DNA of 63,950 bases, counting the filler, from an uncultured Methanospirillum sp. (GTDB lineage Archaea; Halobacteriota; Methanomicrobia; Methanomicrobiales; Methanospirillaceae), in NCBI GenBank assembly GCA_964637135.1. It is 6 parts of 6 records of this genome, joined end to end, with 100 filler letters (N's around TTAATTAATTAA, not from the genome) between each part and the next. Parts side by side here need not be neighbours in the genome. Positions count along the whole stretch, not along the records: positions 53,020 to 62,279 come from CAZWTX010000051.1; positions 62,380 to 63,950 come from CAZWTX010000116.1; 4 more parts are not named here. One strand, written 5' to 3'. The notes beneath the pieces are model-generated. The model was given only the letters and a program-made list of their open reading frames with translations, did no database searches and was not told where the DNA came from. Made by a program: the position numbers and the translations under genes. Each line of letters begins with the position of its first letter. Within the stretch, counting starts at the first letter, position 1. Positions 59,913 through 63,950 of this stretch are shown piece by piece.

Positions 59913-60941
59913 ATGCATATCGGAGAGCGGATACGACATGGGAGAATGAGAGCAGGACTCAGCCTGAGGGCTCTGGCTGAAAAGATTGGGATAACTGCTC
60001 CGGCACTCGGTAATTATGAGAATGGAATTACTACTCCGGACTCATCTCGGCTGATTTCTATAGCCGAGGCGCTGAATATCCCGATTGAATATTTTTTCAG
60101 ACAAGAGCCGGTTATTTCGCTTACTCCGCTCGCGTACCGGAAGAAGTCACGTTTCGGAATAAAGAAAGAGGAACAGGTTATCGAAGTGACCCGTGACTGG
60201 CTTGAGCGGTTTTGTGCTATCGAGGATATTCTTGGTGAACAGGGAAAGCCCGATCTCCCTGAACCAGTAATCCTTTCCTCTCCAGACGAGATAGAGCAGA
60301 TCGCGGCGAACCTTCGAAATAGATGGAATCTCGGTGTTGAACCGATTCAGAGTCTCATGGATATCATGGAACAACATGGGATCAAGGTTTGTCTCATTGA
60401 TGGTCCAAAGACGTTTGACGGGATGATCATCATGGTGAATGAAGAATTTCCGGTGATTGTCATTAACCGAGCTATGAGCGGAGATCGGCAGCGACTGACT
60501 CTTGCTCATGAACTTGGTCATCTTGTCTGCTCAATCCCTAATGACTGGTTTGATGATGCCTTGTTTCATCGGTTTGCCGGGGCTTTCTTGTTCCCGGATG
60601 AGCGGGTGAAGACAGAGTTTGGTGGTGGCAGAAAGAAGATCAGTATTGAAGAGCTCTGTATTCTGAAACACCGGTATGGCATCTCCATGATGGCAATATT
60701 GTACCGGGCATACCATCTTGGCCTGATATCGGCATCATTCCTAAAAAGTATGCAGATTCAATTCAAAAAAAACGGATGGCATGAGTGCGAGCCGATGAGA
60801 CCATATCCTCCGGAAGAGCCGACATACATGAATCAACTCATTATGCGAGCATATTCAGAAGGAATGATCACCCGGACGCGGGCAAATGAGTTGTATGGCG
60901 GTGACATATCAACGATTTGTGGCTGTGAGTCCTGTTCATGA
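59913..60941 (+). CDS. XRE HTH plus ImmA/IrrE (DUF955) metallopeptidase fusion
   Basis: GLSLRALAEKIG...YENG..TP; DRQRLTLAHELGH (HExxH); RFAGAFL.P. Confidence 0.93.
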   Translation: MHIGERIRHGRMRAGLSLRALAEKIGITAPALGNYENGITTPDSSRLISIAEALNIPIEYFFRQEPVISLTPLAYRKKSRFGIKKEEQVIEVTRDWLERFCAIEDILGEQGKPDLPEPVILSSPDEIEQIAANLRNRWNLGVEPIQSLMDIMEQHGIKVCLIDGPKTFDGMIIMVNEEFPVIVINRAMSGDRQRLTLAHELGHLVCSIPNDWFDDALFHRFAGAFLFPDERVKTEFGGGRKKISIEELCILKHRYGISMMAILYRAYHLGLISASFLKSMQIQFKKNGWHECEPMRPYPPEEPTYMNQLIMRAYSEGMITRTRANELYGGDISTICGCESCS

Positions 60942-61438
60942 GGAGAGAGATCCTCCATCTCCTTGATTCAAGTGTCTTATTTACCTTGCAAGACGGAGGT
61001 CTGATATCATCTCTCTGGGATCTACGTTTTTCTCTGGGAACTGTGGATCTGATTCTGGCAGAATGGAAGAGTGTTCTCCCTGATCATCTGATTTCTGCTG
61101 GTCTGCAATTAAAACCTCTGACCGGGCCACAACTTGCTGAATTGTTTCGTCTGGCACCGGCACATAAGAGAATAAGTCCGGCTGATCTCTCTTTGTATGT
61201 GTATGCCCTTCATCATCAGGGTTGTATGATTATTACCGGTGATAGAAGGTTACGCAGTCTGTGTGATGACCATGAAATTCCTGTTCATGGGGTGCTCTGG
61301 CTTATGGACATGATGGAGGAGAGAGGAGTTGTTTCAGGATCTTATCTTGCTGATGCCCTCGAAGAGATGATCACGAAAGGAAATTTCCTTCCTGAAGGAG
61401 ATTGTGATAAGAGACTGGAGAAGTGGAGAGAGTCATAA
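60938..61438 (+). CDS. PIN-domain protein (DUF3368-like)
   Basis: LLDSSVL, ISPADLS, ITGDRRLR, HGVLWL; ATGA overlap with the XRE-ImmA gene. Confidence 0.85.
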   Translation: MRREILHLLDSSVLFTLQDGGLISSLWDLRFSLGTVDLILAEWKSVLPDHLISAGLQLKPLTGPQLAELFRLAPAHKRISPADLSLYVYALHHQGCMIITGDRRLRSLCDDHEIPVHGVLWLMDMMEERGVVSGSYLADALEEMITKGNFLPEGDCDKRLEKWRES

Positions 61439-61939
61439 GAGGATACGAGAGATTATCGAGGTAAACAATTGAGAATAGCGATTAACCCAGATCAATAGAA
61501 AAAATGCACCCCCGATAAAGGCTATGATTGATTATGCTTGAGTAATGCTGTTTTTTGTTCCTCTTTCATATCCAAACACGATAGCTACCGCTATCCTAAT
61601 TTTTTTTACAAAGACTGAATAACCGGTAAAGGTTGTATGAGAAGCAGGAAAGAGGTTTTTGATATGAACCCTGGCAACTGTTGTTACCAAACCATGACCC
61701 GCGGTAGTGTCATGGTGTTGTTGTAAAACGAGCGACCTTACGGCCTACAGAACCAGGACGTGAACCTCGTCAGATTCCTCTCCCGGATTATTCGCTATTG
61801 TCAAAATAATATCAACCTGACTCAACGACCCAAAGGGGCAATCGAATGAACGGAACAAAAGCAAAGCACATATCTGTCAGTAATTGGAGAATACCAGGAA
61901 GAAGAATTATATACTGCACCACAAGCGGAGGAAGTTTTT

Positions 61940-62279
61940 TTGGAACCAATAGTTGATAAAAAACGTGCAATAGAAGAAAATGGGCATCAATTGGTCATCG
62001 CCGGTCCAGGGTCGGGGAAGACCTGGCTGCTCATCGAGAAGATCAAATACCTGCTCTCTCACGGTGTTCCCGGCCATCAGATCCTGGCACTTACGTTCTC
62101 TGAAAAAGCTACCTTCGAGATGCAGACCCGGATAGATACTGAAGGAGGAAGTCCTGATCTCACGGTCCGGACGTTCCATTCGTTCTGTTATCACTTTCTT
62201 GAGGATGAGATATTAGATTCAGGGTACAGTTTTGCACAGGGGATGATATCAGATGAACATCAGAAGGTCTGGGGAATCA
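61940..62279 (+). CDS. UvrD/Rep-family helicase, N-terminal part (cut by contig end)
   Basis: VIAGPGSGKT, ALTFSEKA, TFHSFC. Confidence 0.88.
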
Positions 62280-62379
62280 NNNNNNNNNNNNNNNNNNNNN
62301 NNNNNNNNNNNNNNNNNNNNNNNTTAATTAATTAANNNNNNNNNNNNNNNNNNNNNNNNNNNNNNNNNNNNNNNNNNNN
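62280..62379. other. Artificial contig-joining linker
   Basis: N/TTAATTAATTAA/N spacer. Confidence 0.98.
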
Positions 62380-63286
62380 CGATGGCACCGACGACATGAT
62401 CATACCCCGCACCGACATCGGTAACCAGTGGCCCAAGCAGGTAGAGCGGGGCATGGCCGGTCAGCTCTTTGATCATCTTCACGTTGTACCCGATCTGATC
62501 GAGCGGCATGTGCCCCGGACCCTCGATCATCCGCTGGATCCCTTTCTCCTGCGAACACCGGGAGAGCCGCCCGAGATTCAGATATTCTACCGATTTTGCT
62601 GCCTTTCCGGCATCCTCCTGGCAGCCGGGGCGCATCCCGTCGCCAAGGCTCGCTACCACCCCGTATTCGGCGAGGATCTCACAGAGGTAATCAAACTCAG
62701 ACCAGAGCGGATTCTCGATCCCCTGTGAGATCATCATCGCCACGTGGAATGCTCCCCCCCGGGAAACGACCCCCATCGTCCGGGGATCCTCGCGAAGGGA
62801 AGTGAGAACATCCTGGTTTACCCCGCAATGGAGGGTGAGGAAATCCACTCCCTGCCTGCAGTGCTCCCGGATCACCGTAAAGAGGAGATCGGCATCGAGA
62901 TCGGCAGCACTTCCCGCACGCCTGACTGCTTCGTACACCGGAACCGTTCCGAGCGGAACCGGGAAGGAGAGGATCTCCTTTCGTATCGCAGGCAGATCTC
63001 CCCCGGTCGAGAGATCCATCAGGCAGTGAGCCCCTGCACGGATGGCAGCCGCTGCCTTCTCCTTCTCAAGAGCGATATCACAGAGATCCTGGCTAGTCCC
63101 GATATTGACATTGATCTTGACGCTGCACCCCTCACCGATGGCGCAGACCGGGTGATCCCGCCGATCATTCCCAAGCACGACGACTCTTCCCGAACCGGCG
63201 AGACGGCGCATCCTCTCCGGATCCATCCCCTCTCCCGCAGCAGCAGCAGGTATCATGTCCAAAGCCGGTGACCGGGTCGTCATCAT
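62380..63286 (-). CDS. thiC: Phosphomethylpyrimidine synthase ThiC (ThiC/Bza family), 3'-truncated by contig end
   Basis: KINVNIGTS, MDLSTGG, GTVPVY, SRGG, SLGDGMRPG, MIEGPGH, LGPLVTD, YDHV; start 63286 or 63256. Confidence 0.93.
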
Positions 63287-63323
63287 AGTGATTACAGATA
63301 GGGACTGAAGGAATAAGAGAGAT

Positions 63324-63929
63324 ATGACGATCACACTGCTTGCGGGGAGAGGGAACATGGGGAACAGCTATGTTGTGAACGGGACCATCCTCGTCGACGC
63401 AGGGGTTACGCCGATGGCAGTCGAACCGTTCCGTGAGACCATACAATACATCATCCTGACCCACTGTCACTATGATCATATCGCGTATCTTCCCGCCCTT
63501 ATGAAGATGACCGGGGCAGTGGTCTGCATCCATGAGGCTGACGCCCGGGGCCTTCGGGACGACGGACCGAGTCTCTCGATGCATTTCGGGGCCCATGCAC
63601 CAGGGATCATTCCTGACCGGCTACTTACTGATGGGGAAGTGATCGGAGAACTCGAAGTGATCCATACCCCCGGCCATACCCCGGGGAGTATCTGTCTCTA
63701 TGATCCAGAGACGGGGGATCTCATCTCCGGCGACACGGTCTTTGCAGACGGGGCATTCGGACGGTTCGATTTCCCTGACGGGAGCAGGACTGCCCTCACC
63801 GATTCGCTCGCCCGGCTCTCCGAGCGCAGGGTGACGGCCCTGTATCCGGGTCATGGTCTCCCCGCCCCTGCCAACGGCGATCGTCATATCAGGGCAGCTT
63901 CGATGCTCATCCGGTCAGGATATGTCTGA
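63324..63929 (+). CDS. MBL-fold metallo-hydrolase (glyoxalase II-like)
   Basis: THCHYDH, HTPGHTPGS, SGD, YPGHG. Confidence 0.92.
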   Translation: MTITLLAGRGNMGNSYVVNGTILVDAGVTPMAVEPFRETIQYIILTHCHYDHIAYLPALMKMTGAVVCIHEADARGLRDDGPSLSMHFGAHAPGIIPDRLLTDGEVIGELEVIHTPGHTPGSICLYDPETGDLISGDTVFADGAFGRFDFPDGSRTALTDSLARLSERRVTALYPGHGLPAPANGDRHIRAASMLIRSGYV

Positions 63930-63950
63930 AAAAAGGAGCGGGGGCATATA

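Overview
Archaeal DNA from a hydrogenotrophic methanogen, most likely Methanomicrobiales. The assignment rests on methanogenesis marker 8, an HdrA-like flavoprotein, MptE, archaeal GlyRS/Hef/CoaD and 'SITRHD' H-box PAS kinases. The window is not contiguous: it is six contig pieces joined by artificial 100-bp N/TTAATTAATTAA/N linkers (14589-14688, 28324-28423, 40694-40793, 52920-53019, 62280-62379), so no neighbourhood can be inferred across them. Pieces 1-3 and 6 are mostly housekeeping genes (hef, glyS, two large PAS kinases, SRAP, mptE, tRNA-Lys, pyrBI, coaD, mtnA, sufC, pyk, dtxR-feoB, thiC). Pieces 4-5 hold accessory material. Main observations: (i) a divergent pair of an Adf-like F420-dependent LLM oxidoreductase and an acetoacetate-decarboxylase-family gene, followed by an SDR remnant; (ii) a ~1.6-kb cassette between ~100-bp direct repeats carrying an intact MntA/HepT toxin-antitoxin pair inside an internally deleted type I R-M locus; (iii) further TA modules (an unannotated 53-aa ORF plus VapC, and XRE-ImmA plus PIN with an operator palindrome) and an IS630 remnant; (iv) a second thiC/bza-family paralog destroyed by two internal deletions; (v) an aldo-keto reductase interrupted by one in-frame TGA. 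All family calls come from motif recognition by eye; no database searches were run.
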